Source: Eledone cirrhosa (lineage: Eukaryota). Taken from it: a stretch of DNA of 64,000 nt. Numbering within the stretch: the first letter of the stretch is position 1; every line of letters starts with the position of its first letter. Of this stretch, positions 13,110-26,704 are shown one piece after another. The position numbers and the translations under genes are program-made. Below the pieces are notes generated by a model. It was not told the origin of the DNA. It did not search any database and saw nothing but the letters and a program-made list of their open reading frames with translations. The DNA lies in the NCBI GenBank assembly GCA_964016885.1, contig OZ024741.1, forward strand, positions 177,506,001-177,570,000, given 5' to 3'.

Positions 13110-14410
13110 AAATATTAAGTAATAAATGATATCCATCCAACACTGAGCGTCATAATAATAACAATAGTAAGTCCGACGTCAATGTTAACTCTAGGCTAGA
13201 TTCCGTAAATTTAAATACGACGTCAAACGTAACTTTGTCGAATGTTCATAATACCAATCTAAATCAGGAAACTTTAGCACCTATCGTAAGTAACTTCTCC
13301 AAATCAATTCCTTCTACAAATAATACTGGGTCACTTGCTAATAACTCTGGTAATTTCCCTAATCGTATTTGCAATTGCCCTATTAGAACTAAATGTCCTC
13401 TTAGTAACCAATGTCTTGATAACATTTTAGTGTATGAATGTGAAGTTATAACTGGTACTAATTATTTTACCTATTTTGGTTCCACTTCCACTTCCTTTAA
13501 AGCAAGATTTTATAATCACAATTCCTTTTTTAAATACCAACTTAAAAGAACTAACACGGCACTCTCAGAACTTATATGGTCCTTAAAGGACAAAAATATT
13601 AACTACAACATTTTTGGAGGAAGGTTTTCAACGCCTCTCCTTACCTTATTTCTTCCCTATCAAGAACATGTAATCTCTGCCTAGCGGGAAATTTACCATT
13701 ATCTCTAATTTTAATTCTATAATAAATAGACGTACGGATTTATTTTCGCTCTGCTTGCATAATCCCATAGAACTTTCTATAAAGTATACAGCTAATATCT
13801 TACTACCTTATTAGTTTAAAATCTTTTAGCAAACGCTTTTATAATTTTTACAAATATACCCATCTTTCTACCTTATTTCTGTATATTATACAATATTACT
13901 CATACTATGTCGTTAATTTTCTTCTTTTTTAATTTATAATCTTTCTATTTATCTATCTTTCTAATTTTTTTAAAATTATGTATTATCTTACAACGGTTTT
14001 CTTTTTAAATTTATCTCTGTGAGACAGTGTTTCTCAGTATTAAAAGTTATCTCTCTCTCTCTCTCACTCATTTTCACCTCCTATCTCATCCTTCCTTCTT
14101 TTACTCCTCCCCCGTCATCCTTTCCTTATTATTATATATATATTTTTTCTTAAACCCTATATTCTTTCTTCCACTTCTTTACCTCTTCCTTCCCCCTTCC
14201 TTTCCTTTTTTCACAATCTCATATATCCATCTTATTTCATTTTTCATATGTTGATTTAACACTTCACTCCACGCAAATGTTTTTTAAGCTTCATATCATG
14301 TCTCCCTATTTTATCTGATGAGAACGCAAATATCATCTCATGATGATATTTGTTTTTGAAATGCGTATAATAAAATACATGGAACTCTTTTAACCATCTT
14401 TTGATTTTAT
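13110..14410 (+). mobile_element. Penelope-like element remnant: GIY-YIG endonuclease plus 3' hammerhead
   Basis: ORF 13235-13684 reads CNC..CPL..QCL..VYECEV..YFGSTSTSFKARFYNHNSFF..TALSELIWSLK, matching the PLE GIY-YIG pattern. No RT is present. Confidence 0.8.
14307..14377 (+). ncRNA. Type I hammerhead ribozyme of the PLE 3' end
   Basis: TATTTTAT-CTGATGA-long stem II-GAAA-TGCGTA-TA-ATAAAATA. Stem I is 8 bp and stem III is quasi-palindromic. Confidence 0.75.
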
Positions 14411-14427
14411 ATACATATATATATATA

Positions 14428-14614
14428 TAATTGTTTTTACTTATGGCACAAGGCCGGCAATTACCCAGTGCATTACTGGTACTTTATTTTATCCACCCCG
14501 TAAGGATGAGAGGCAAAGTTAACCTCGACGGGATTTGAACTCAGTCCGTAAAGGGACGTAACTGTGCTGCAAAGCATGGCATCTGACCCTCTACCGATAC
14601 TGCCAATTGACCAC
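14428..14614 (-). mobile_element. tRNA-derived SINE (cephalopod type)
   Basis: Minus strand has A box TGGCAGTATCGG, B box GAGTTCAAATCC and body TTTGCCTCTCATCC..GATAAAATAAAGTACCAG..GGCCTTGTGCCA. Same family as 48862-49040. Confidence 0.8.
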
Positions 14615-15510
14615 ATTATTCACCATGCTTTTGCAATACCGTCAATATATAATAATGGTAATGAGACACATACGCTTGTGTCATAAAGGTAACAAGTTCC
14701 ATGTTCAATAGAAGTGCAAACAAAAGCTTACATTAAGGTGAAGAATATTCTGAAATTGTTTCTTTTTACCAATGATCATATTCAATTCCGGCTATAGCAT
14801 CTGTACAAAATGATGATATATAACTGAAAACTTAAAAGGAGATCGCAATATTAACTATAAAAAGAAATGATTGCATGGCGAGTATCATAAAAGAGTGATT
14901 CTGAGATGGAAAAATAATTCCGTGAGGAACAATGACAACCAGAAAGATAGATGTAAATGTGAAGGGAAGAATGAGAAAAGGAAGAAGGATAAAAAGAAGT
15001 CGGGTTTTATGGAACATAGAAAGAAAAAATAAATGAATCAGCGATAACCACAGGATTCCCCTACTATTTCTACTAAATGAGAATTAGATATGAAATATCT
15101 GCAATAGATAAACACAAAGCAATAAGAAAAACCTGATCCATATGTTGACTAATTCTATTCATCTTCTGATGCTTCAGCATCTTTTTATGTTCCGACCATT
15201 GTTTGGCAATAATTCATTATTCCAGAGATACATATCTAGGCCAGATATATGAACGTCTCAAAGAGTGTGTGTGCATCTTTGATTTTACGTGTGTGCGTGC
15301 GTCTCAAAATATAGTTCTGTAATCGGATGGTTTTGTTAATAATACTGCGGACGTAGGTGGCGGAGCAACACGTATGTGGCCAATTACTAGTTCATATAGT
15401 TACTATTCATGTGTCAGGTTAAGAGTCAGTTTCTGGTAACTCTTCATCAATAGAACTGATTATGGTATACTTGAGAGAGCTTTTCAGTATTATTTCTCTA
15501 TTCTTTAATA

Positions 15511-15555
<45 letters not shown>

Positions 15556-16633
15556 GTGAGGTTTTTTTTTACAAAATGAAAAATAACCGAGGTATCCTAC
15601 ACGAGTGAAAGTAAAAGGAAAAAAGATGAAATCGAAAATGCAACTGGAGTCTTTTTTTTTTAAATATATATATTTATTTGGTTCCTTTACTGGTTTCGCA
15701 GTTCAGCTTTTCAAAAGTAGAGATGGAGGGTCTGTGGTTTTTCTCACATCTGGTTGGTCTTTCAATGTTACTTGTTTTATATGGCAAAAAGTGGCTCGAA
15801 AGGCCAGGTTTTTAGAGAAGTAATTTGATTGGTTGGTGAATAAGTATAATACATTTCGCGCGAGTTCGCGTTACAAAGTTCTTCAAATAAAAGGTGGATA
15901 TATGACTGAAGTTTCGTTGGTTAATGCAGTCACGTGAATATGCACATCAGCTATCGCACCAGTTTGTGTTTGAATTTCTTTTTACTTAAAAAAGGTGACT
16001 CTCAAAGGTTCTTTTTAAAAAAGTATTTTGATTGGTTATAAATGAAATTTATACAGTCACGTGAACACTTTCATTAATTTTCGCGCCCGTAATCGTGAAT
16101 TTGTTTTGTAGCCTTTTAGAGAATTGTGTGGCAAACCTAGATTCGGCTGCAGACTTGCATAGAGGACATAATCGAGACTCTCAAGAGGGGCAAAATAAAT
16201 GTGCTGACACGTCTCTCGTTTTAGAAAGAACAGGCTGACTATCTGTGAAGAAGAACTAGACAGCAACCGCAGGCTAGATGGGTGGACATAGGATTGATGG
16301 GCGGCGAAATGTCAGATGTTGTGATGATCTGACACGATTTTCGGTTTTGTGTATATATATATATATAGACACGGCATTAGACAAGATTTTTCCTTATCAT
16401 ACACTCTCATCCGGCAGCAGTTCTGTATGTCGCATGTTCGTGATTTGAACTCGGAAATTTTATATTCTCCGAGTGAGAAGAACCCTCTGACGAAAGTCTT
16501 CTTTTCCATGGAGTTCCGCATGGATTATCCATTTATATTGAGACTTGAAACCGCGCAGTAAAGGTAATTATAGTAAGTACAGTAAACTTTTTTTTATTTA
16601 TTTTAAAACTTTTTCTCTATTTGCTAAACCTTG

Positions 16634-16682
<49 letters not shown>

Positions 16683-17044
16683 TTAATGTTATATCAATAC
16701 ATTTTCGTTTTTTCATACATGGGCTGGTGGTTGAAGACAAAAACACCAAGCGTTAACCGAACCCCTGTGTCAAAATATGAAAATCCTTTTGAGGAGGTTT
16801 TTGAATTTGATAAAATTAACAGATTCTTTTCAGGAATTTTCAAAGTATCGCCATCTGAAGAGCTCAGGCTACCATAACTGTTATTCCTCAGCGAAATATG
16901 TATATCAGTGTCTTAAATAAACTTGAATGTATTGATTGCAGTCAGTTTCATGTATACCGGTGATTAACGGCCGGCTTTGTCATAGTCAAATAACTAACAA
17001 ACATCAATCTACATGGCTGAATACAAGAAATGTAAGCACTAGAC

Positions 17045-17215
17045 AGTACTGATGAATTGTAATCACCCAGAAACATTAGTGTCTGCCGTCCTGTTTATAT
17101 ACCAACACAAGAGCAAGAATGAAGAGGTCATTCTACTAACATGGCGTAAATAGGGTGTTTGTATAATTGCAAACAGATTGAAATTGATTATTCCCAAAAC
17201 TCAAATTTATAATAT
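17045..17215 (+). repeat. Copy of the 9780-9945 repeat family with hammerhead-like core
   Basis: GTACTGATGAA..GAAACA..CCAACACAAGAGCAAGAATGAAG..ATTCTACT is shared with 9783-9860. Confidence 0.6.
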
Positions 17216-17220
17216 TTATA

Positions 17221-17292
<72 letters not shown>

Positions 17293-17317
17293 TATATATA
17301 TATATATATATATACAT

Positions 17318-17401
<84 letters not shown>

Positions 17402-18779
17402 GTATAAATATACGTACATAAATAAACTATTTATGCAGATGGGTGATATGCAAGGCATTATGCACCTCGCCTTCAAATTCCATGCTCTTGTCTTAAGCAT
17501 ATTACAATGCACAGTCACTTCTAAATAACTCCGCAAGTGAATAATATGTGGTCACTGCCGTTTCACATGTCAGCACTCTGCTTGTCCGTCTGACAAGGCC
17601 TGATCCGTCACTTATCTCACGCCAACACAGAATATCGCAATAATCGCCCAAGTGGAATACCACAGACAAGGAGTAGTCAGACTGTCCTAATGGGGAACTT
17701 GAATAATTCCAGAGGTCGAAAATAGGTAGGCTTCACACAATGAAATTTGTTTAAATATTGCACATGAAACTTAATTTCAATATCCACTAAAGATATATGC
17801 GAACAGAAAATATTTATACTTCCTGACAACATTATAAACTACATTGGGAATCAGTTTCTGATTGTCTTTCACTTTATTGAAAAACTGTTCAGTGACTACA
17901 CCTAATTTCGTGATTCTTGTAAACTATACCAAAAGTGAGATTATTGAATCTAAAAATTTAAATTGAAGCTGATACAATGCAAGTGTCCCATTACGCGTTT
18001 CAGTAACATTTGAATAAATGTTCCATGCCATGAACTTTACTCTAGTATTAAATCAATGTGATTATATAACTAGTATTTATGTTATCAGTGTTATAACAGC
18101 AGAGTTTAAATTGGGATCAGATATCAGCGAATCTAAATACTATATTGCATTTAGTTCCATATATTTCTACACTAGCCATCTTCCCCACTTACGTGCTATC
18201 TAACGAATACCTATCGTTATATGTCATCTACAGAGATAGGGCCCATTGTGTTAAGACAGCAAACTATTTTTCTTTATTTTTATTTTGTTTGTTTGTCGTT
18301 GCTTCCCAATTCACCTATCACATTATAACAATTTCCTTCAATCACCTCTAAATATGCATCTCTTTGGTATGAAACTTTGATAGATCAATATCATGGGCGA
18401 TAATTGTGTTTGCCAGTTTTCTTGATATGCAAATTCCATGTTCTAATCAGTAATTCGTGGAGACTCACAGAATGTCAACTTGTGAAGTTTGAAATATATT
18501 CTGACAATGTAGGAGCGTGGAGCTAATTATGAATCAACACCAATGTTCATTTCAACGGACCATAATTGATGTCGTATATTTTTATGATGGCTAATTGTGA
18601 CTTCAAGTACTATTCGTCTAACAAAAGTAGTTTGGTGAAAATGTTAATGCTGTTGTTGTTCGATCGATTTTCAGTTCGAACAGTTATTATTCATCACATA
18701 TGGATATGCTTATTCATGAAATTAACGTGCACATCGCTGAGCCTTATAAAAATACGTGCAAACTTAACGTAGGTTCCAG

Positions 18780-18940
18780 GGAGGTTCCGCGTGATACCAA
18801 GTGTGTCAACGTTAACCATTGACCATCATGGCCAGCTCAGTTTGCCAGCTAAGGGAACTGGAGCAACGTAAAATAAAGTCTAAGGGAATCGAACTTACAT
18901 TCCGTTTGTGACCTAAACACGCTCAGCATAAAACTACACA
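18780..18940 (-). mobile_element. Decayed tRNA-derived SINE
   Basis: Minus-strand B box GTTCGATTCC followed by TTTATTTTACGTTGCTCCAGTTC..AGCTGG. Confidence 0.45.
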
Positions 18941-19239
18941 ATTTTACATGAAATTCCAGTATATATTGACCAAAAGGAGTGTTATATAATTCCCCACCAG
19001 TACTCTTCATTGGTTAAACTACAACAACTTTTAAGCGATACTTCATATAGTAGTATACATTTTTTTTTTCGTTTATTGTTTTAAGTGGTATTCTGTAACC
19101 CAATGATGTCTACTAATGAAACGATGGCTGCTCAGCTGTGAGATTTATTTCAAGCACATTTACGTCGACATTCGAAGATTTACGTCTCACAGAGTATACG
19201 TATATTACCATCAACGTATGTTTTAGGCAGAGAAAGCCT

Positions 19240-19430
19240 AGGGCTTAGTGAACAGAGTTTTCAGCTCATGATCATAAGGCCGAGGGTTTATTTCTTGTGC
19301 ACGACATGATATTTCACGTTGATCTAATTGACTCAGCTGGAAAGATGCGCGATACAAATGTGAACAACACAAAGGGACCGCCGTGTAACACACTGTGATA
19401 CGCTGAATCTTAGTGAGAACTAGGTTAATG
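19240..19430 (+). mobile_element. Decayed SINE, same family as 18780-18940
   Basis: GGCTTAGTG head followed by ATTTCACGTTGATCTAATTGACTCAGCTGG body. Confidence 0.4.
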
Positions 19431-20117
19431 ATATGTTATTGTATTGCTCCGTACTTGCCCGTAAACTTCCAGATTTTGAAGAATTTAGGCACACTTTCTC
19501 GAAAATAACAGATCTTTAATCAAAATCTGAACTTCTTATTTGTATAGACAATGTTTGATACTACGTCATGTTAATTAATGATTGGATTGATGTGCTAAGA
19601 AGCAGGTTTTGGATAACGTAAATGTACAATAATTCATCACTGTATTTTGTAATATAGCAAATTGTGACCTGGCGATATGTGTATAATACATTGAACTTTA
19701 TAGTAAGACTGTACCTACTTCCCTGATTAATTTTTTCCACATATCCCCCTTCCATATACGGACTTTTTGAAAAATACAGAGATAGACCGAGACACGATTT
19801 AATTAATATACTATTGTTGGTTACACTTGAGTAACACAGCAATGCTTTTGAATTCAATTTCCTGAGAAGAGTATATAGCTATATTTGACACTTCGTAAAC
19901 AAGATATGTGTATTTCATTATTTTTTTGTGGCCATATATAGGTATTAGAACTGATATGACTGCTTGAATGGTTGAAGCAAATTGAAAAGCAAGTGTGTGC
20001 AGTGAATATAATAAAATGATGCACAGAGTGAGGTTTATGTATTCTCGTCACAACTGGTCATAATTACACTGCAAAAAAAAAAAAATAATAATAATAATGA
20101 TAATAATAATAATAGTA

Positions 20118-21447
20118 GTCTATCCATACCCGTTTTGGTATTAGTAGAAGGATACAAGTATTTGGGTGTTCTGGAGGGTGATGACATCAACAACAAAAAA
20201 ATGAAGGAATTGATAAGATCTGAATACATTCTGAGAGTAAGGAGCGTATTAAAGTCACATCTGAACAGTAGGAATGCCATAAGTGCAGTAAATTCCCGAG
20301 CTGTGTCTATTATTAGGTACAGTGCAGGAATTCTGAGATGGAATGTTGCTGAACAAAAAGAAATGGATAGGAAGACTAGGAAACTATTGACTATCTACAA
20401 CATGTTCCACGTGAGGAGTGATGTCGATAGACTCTACTTAAGGAGATCTGAAGGTGGAAGAGGTCTTATCAGCATAGAGGACTGTGTTCAGAGGGAGAAA
20501 TACAACCTACACAAATACATGACTGAGAGTAAGGAACCAATGCTCAGAATTGTACTGAAAGAGAGGACAATAGACCAGGGGATGTCCAAGGAGGAAATAA
20601 CAACAAGGAGAAAGAGCAGCCTTCAGGAAAAATCCCTTCATAGTACCTTCTTTGAGAAAATTGAATTCAGAGATCCACAGACATGGAACTGGTTGAAAAG
20701 AGGAGACCTTAAAAAGGCTACAGAAGGAATGCTAATGGCTGCGCAAGAGCAGGCCCTCAAAACGAAGTGGCTGAAAATCATATTTACAAGGAGGAGTGTA
20801 GCCCACTGTGCAGGATCTGTGGAGAGAGAGAGGAGACTGTGGCTCACATTGTATCCGAGTGTAAACACCTAGCCCAGACTCACTATAAAGGCTGGAGACA
20901 TGATGTGATGGGCAGGGTGATCCACTGGCACCTAAGCAAAGTAAACAATTTACCACATTCTGAGAAGTGGTATGAGCATAAGCCAGAGTCGTTGATAGAA
21001 AACGATCAGGTGAAGGTGCTGTGGGATTTTAGGATACAGACGGACAAGAAACTGGAACACAATATACCTGACCTGGTGGTTTTGGACAAGGAAAAAAGAT
21101 CGCGCCTGATTGTGGGTGTGGCCTGCCCATTCGACACGAGAGTGCAAGAGAAGGAGAGGGAGAAAATTAACCGATACCAGGACTTAAAGTGGGAGATAAA
21201 AAGGATTTGGAACTGCCATAATGTCAAAGTGATCCCGATTGTCATAGGCGAACTAGGTACTATCTCAAAGAGTTTCCAGGGATGGTTAAAGAAAATTGGC
21301 CCCGCCCCGCTTTATTGAACACTTCAAAAGGCATGCTTGCTGGGAATAGCAAGAACCCTCCGATACGTGCTGAATATCTGAGGCTGCTTGATATTCATTT
21401 CAACAAAATTTCCAGTTAACTAACATCAATGAGTGAGACTCAAAGAA
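20118..21447 (+). mobile_element. 5'-truncated R4/Dong-clade retrotransposon (RT thumb, CCHC, RLE) between (TAA)n tracts
   Basis: YKYLG, IIRYSAG, GGRGLISIE, MAAQEQAL, CRIC..ETVAHIVSEC, RHD, HNIPDLVVLD and VIPIVIG motifs. (AAT)n at 20084-20113 and 21449-21495. Dong is known to target TAA repeats. Confidence 0.9.
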
Positions 21448-21495
21448 CAATAATAATAATAATAACAACAACAATAATAATAATAATAATAATAA

Positions 21496-23345
21496 CCGGA
21501 GGTTATGTAACCATACATTCACAATTCATTATATGAGTGTTTAAATGTCGAACATAAACAGTTCGAATAACGGTTTGTGGAACGTTATGTGACAGACTCT
21601 CACTCAGCAAGCGTTCCCTGGCCCAGCAACCGGGACCTGGCTGTCATCCAAATACTGCTGGTTTTGGAGGAAGAAGAAGAAGTAAAGGGACAAGAACCAA
21701 CTGGATGAAAGAATGGAATAGAACGGTTATGCAATGTTACCTGAAGGAAAAGGGCTATAGGAAACGGATGCATAGCATCTGGAACGAGATTGGTCTATTT
21801 AAATTGGATGAAAAAAAATTGACCGGGCAGGCCCGGGTAATGAGAACTAGTGGATGGATAAGCGAATTGGAACTGAAGGAACTGAGCAGAGAGATTAGGT
21901 TGGACATGGAGAGTGGAGTATGCCAGGCAAACGAGCCAGTTGGAAATGAAGGTGAAGAGGTTGCGAGACCGGAGGAAGCATCCGAAGCAGACAATGATCT
22001 GAATGTTGACATAAATAACATCTGGAACAAGGATGTGGCCATTGAGGAAATGAATGCTGACGGGCTAGGACAAGATTTGGTTGATATCCTAAACTTAGTG
22101 GTAGATGAAATGAACAATGATAGTGGGAAACCTATGAACCTAAGATTTGTAGACAGGAAAAAGTTAAAAGAAACAACAACTAAGGGAAACAAAGTCATCC
22201 CATAATTTGAGGCGAGGAACCTTCACCAATGCAACAATATCCTCAAAGCAACAGCAAATGCGGTGAGGAGATTACTTGGCATAAAAACGAGAGGAAACAA
22301 CAAACAAGAAAGATCAGAGCCTTGGTGGAAGAAACGACTGAATGGTCAAATCAGGGAAATGAGAAATGACATTAGAAAGCTTGAGTACCTACTGAATGGG
22401 ACACTACAAAACATAGACACTAAAAATAGACTGGAAATAAAGTACAAAACTAGGAGGAAAATGCTAAATATTATCATAGAGGAACTGAAGCAGCGCATTG
22501 TAGCAAAGAGTGCAAAGATTAGGCGGTATGACCGCAGAGTCAGTCAGTATAGACAGAACCGCATGTTTGACAACAACCAGAAGATGTTTGGGCAGCTTGA
22601 AGTGAAAGAAAGAGGCAACGACTTGATCCCTGAGGCGGAACAGACTAAGACATTCTGGAGAGGAATATGGGAGCAGGATGTTGAACATAATGATCAGACA
22701 GTGTGGATTGAGACAGTACAAAAGGAGATTAGTGAACAAGCATACCAACAAACTGATTTAAGTATAACAGTTGAAACTCTTAAATGGCAGGCCAGAAAAC
22801 TAACCGACTGAAAATCACCAGGTCCAGATGGTGTGCAGGGGTATTGGATTAAAAATATAACCCCTCCACACGAAACTGACAACCATGTTCAATGACTGCT
22901 TGATGTCGGGTGAGGTACCAGAGTGGTTGACAATGTGTACCACAGTCCTGGTAATGAAAGACCGAATCAAGGGTAATGATGTTACCAACTATAGACCTAT
23001 CACATGTCTATCCGTAGTGTGGAAACTGTTAACAAGCATTGTGTCTGAGGAAATCTACCATCACCTCCACACAAACAACTTGTTACCGGACAAACAGAAA
23101 GGATGCCGAAAGAAGTCCCGTGGTACGAAAGACCAGCTACTTATTGATAATATGGTAATGAGGAATTGCAAGAGGAGAGACACTGGTCTTGCCATGGGAT
23201 GGATAGACTACAAAAAGGCATTCGACATGGTACCTCATTCTTGGATAACCAAAAGCCTAGAGATTTTCAAGGTGGCAGATAACATCAGACAGTTGTATGA
23301 AGTCCTGGGAAACAGAATTAACATCGGGTGGAGAGTCCTTGGGAG
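21496..23345 (+). mobile_element. 5' half of a second R4/Dong element (N-terminus to mid-RT), frameshifted
   Basis: W..EWNRTVMQCY..GYRKRMHSIW, PWWKKRL, KSPGPDGVQGYW, NYRPITCL, QKGCRKKSRGTKDQLLID and WIDYKKAFDMVPH. Confidence 0.9.
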
Positions 23346-23992
23346 AATTCCCGCACTGTACCTAATAATAGACACGGCTCGGGAATTCACTGCATTTATG
23401 ACATTCCTACTATTTAGACGTGATTTTAATACGCTCCTTACTCTTCTTAAGTATTCATATCTTATCAATTTCTTCATTTTTTTTTTTCTTGATGTCATCT
23501 GCCTCCCAAACACCCAAATATGTGTATCCTTGTGTCAATTTCCTTTATAATCTCACCTATTGGTACCTGGATTCCGTTGGTTCTGCTCAATTTACCCCTC
23601 TTCATCACTAGGACTCCACACTTCCTAATACAAATTCCATACATATATCATTGCTGAAAATACGGACAGTGTCAACAAGTACATCCAACTCCTTCTCACT
23701 CTTCCCAAAGAGTTTAAGATCGGCCATGAAGTGGAGGTATTTGATGGTAAGCTCTCCTTTTCCAAACTTGTATCCTGTTCTCACTTTTCGCAATATGACG
23801 GATAGGGTATCAGGGCAAGGACAAACAGCAAAGGGGACAAACTATCTCCCTAGAAGATACCTCTCTTGATATTCATACCTCCCAATGATTCTTCACCTGA
23901 TGTTAACTCTGTTTCCCGGGACTTCATAATTTTGCTCAATAGCTGTCCGATGTTATCTGCCACCTTGAAGATCTGTAGGGTTTTGGTTATCC
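23346..23992 (-). mobile_element. Inverted R4/Dong RT fragment
   Basis: Minus strand reads GIF*GDSLSPLLF, HFMADLKLFGKSEKEL and INAVNSRAVSIIRYSAGI. Its first ~110 nt repeat 23242-23345 in inverted orientation. Confidence 0.85.
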
Positions 23993-26704
23993 TCTTATCC
24001 TAGCCAAGATGGCTTCTCTCCGAATAGGTAGCATAAATGTACATGGCCTGGGGTCGTCTTGGAAGCAGGGCCACCTGCTGAACGATCTCAGGTCGTTAAA
24101 CATAGATGTGGTGGCCATCCACGAGACCAGAATCTCCGAGGCACAGCAATTCGCACCCATTTTCGGCGTCTACGAGTTGCGCACATCTCCAAGCCTTTCC
24201 CGGACCGGGGGGGGGGGGCTGTTCCGGAGAAGTCTGGATCTCAAGATACCCAGAGGGTAAGTTGGTGGTACTGGACGTGACAAGCGGAGAAGGACAAGCT
24301 TTCAGGCTAGTGGGCGTGTATGGCCTGACAGGAGCAGGACGGCCTGAATTCTTCCAGCGTCTGGAGAACTTTCTTGATACGTCGCGCGCTCTAGTGTTAA
24401 TGGGCGACTGGAACGGGATCTTAGATGCACGCTGGGATTGTGTTGGATTAGCGGAGAGGGTAGGAGTGTGTAAAAGACCCACAAACCTACTCAGGCGTTT
24501 TCAACTCTCAGACAGGTACCGATTGGATTTCCCGAATGTGCTGCATGGGGTCATCCAGCTCATATCTAGATAGAGTATTTTGTAGGGAAATAGATAGGTA
24601 TAGCATAGGCTGTCCCCAATTCAAGATAATCAGCTACACGGACCACAAATTCCTGAAATGTGTGGTTGACTTAGATAGGCTTAATAGACAAGGACCCGGC
24701 TACTGGAAGCTAAACGCGTCATTAGCAGCACGCAAGGACTACACAGACTGGATTAGCGAACTAGTTAAGCGGGCGTTGTCGGGGGATATCATGAACAAAA
24801 AATGGTGGTTTGCTCTGAAAAGAGCGATTAGAATAGTGTCCATTAGGTTTAGTAAGGCTTTAGCAATAGAGAAAAATAGAGCAGAGGGAGAACTAGTTAG
24901 AAAAATAGAAGAGGTGCTTAGCAAAGGCATCGCGACCGATGAATTTGCGGTGAAATTGGCCCTTGACCAAATCTTCAATGCAAAGCACTAAGACTGCGTT
25001 GTCAGAGCTAGGGTGCGTGCTCTCAGACACGAGGGGACGAAAGGCGTTCAATGGGCCCGAGTGTCGGAGGAGCAACTTCGCAACAAAGCCACGATCCGGT
25101 CTATGGTGTACCACGACGGGCGCATGCTACTCGATCCCGGGCAAATGTGTTAAGCGTTTCAGCGACACTTCGCTCAGCTGTTCGGGGGCAGCGGCGGGCC
25201 GGATCGAGAGATGAACTTTAGTGTCTACCTCGACGGACTGCCGCGGCTCTTGGCCACTGAATTGGAGTGTTGCGAAAAGCCGATAACAGCCGCTGAGGTA
25301 AGGGAGGGAATGACTGGCTGCACAAGGGGTAAATCGCCTGGTTTGGATGGTCTGCCCTATGAACTTTCGTACAGATGCCAGACATGTTCGGAGGCCTCTT
25401 GGAGGACGTCTACTGCAACTGGCAACAGACGGGAGAATACCCAGCTCTGTGAGCCGAGAAGCTGTGGCGCTGCTGAGAAGGATACGAACAAGGGGGATAA
25501 CATAAATCATTTTAGGCCCAGTTGGTGGTCTGGTGGGAGAGGCGCAGACATGCGCCATTCCCGACAGATCAATCCACCTCATGCGATACATCGTAGAGAG
25601 AGTAGCTAGGGAACCTGGCACGGGTGGGTCCTTGATCAATTTAGATCTGTCGAAAGCTTTCGATACGGTTGACCATCGTTACCTAGCGGCAGTTCTGAGA
25701 GGGCCTGGCTTTGGGCCCGTCTTCAGAGGCTGGATCACTGCCACGCACAGCGACATCTGCTGTGTGGTGAGAGTGAACGTTCACCTTTCAGAACCGTCCA
25801 ACATCACGCGCTCGGTCCGCCAAGGATGTCCCGTCTTGTCCCTCTTGTACGTATTGACTCTCGAGCCATTACTGCACAAACTGGAGACGTTTAGGGGTGT
25901 CCCGCGCGAACTAAGATGCGGAAGATCCGTGTCAGCATATGCGGACGATGTCACCATAGCGGTGTCGAACGCCAAACACATCGAGGCAATCAGCACTACA
26001 CTAAGAGAATACGAAGCGGTGACAGGAACAATGATCAACCAGGAAAAGTCAGTGGGCCTGAAGCTTGGCACCTGGAGAGGCAGGTCCTTGCCGTCCAACA
26101 GCGTCGTCGGGCTCTGGACGGACGGACCAGTTAAATTGCTAGGGGTCTGGTTCGGTCCGGACCTCCTAGACGGACAAAAGCTGGGACGAGGTGACGAGCA
26201 AGTGGCTTCTCTAACACATAAATGGGCGGAAAGGAAGGTATCCCTGAAAGGTCGAGCGGAGGTGGCTAACGCGTATATCGCGTCCGTCATCTACTACCGC
26301 CTGAGCGCCGTATCTTGTCCTAAGCCCCGCCTGACTGCGCTGGAGCGTTTGCTCTTTCGCTTTTTGTGGAAGGGACGCGCTCCGATGATCAGGCGGTCCA
26401 CCTGCTGTCAACACCCTCTGCGTGGAGGGCTAGGCATGCCGTGGCTGATGATGCGCAGACACGCGCTCAGGCTACGACATCTCCACCTCTTCCTCGACGG
26501 TGATCATGTGTGGTCGTTGTTTGCTAGACGCGTCTTTCCCCAGCTCGTCTCCTTGACGGAGCTGCAGTCCTGGGTCAAGAGAAGACCGAGAGGGAGCGCT
26601 TGGAGACTGGAATGTCTTCAGGTGTTCACAGCCCTCGACCAATCGGGCAATGTGATCGGTGGAAACTCCACCTTGGCGTTCTATAGAGGATTAGTGGAGG
26701 GGAA
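23993..26704 (+). mobile_element. Tx1/L1-clade copy A (ORF2 only: APE plus RT; 5' and 3' truncated)
   Basis: ATG at 24009 (MASLRIGSINVHGL); ETRI, GDWNG, SYLDRVF, TDH, KSPGLDGL, LDLSKAFD, VRQGCP and AYADD motifs. Closely similar to copy E. Confidence 0.9.

Noticed and set aside
14530-14614. tRNA gene
   Set aside because: A and B boxes are present but there is no cloverleaf; it is a SINE head.
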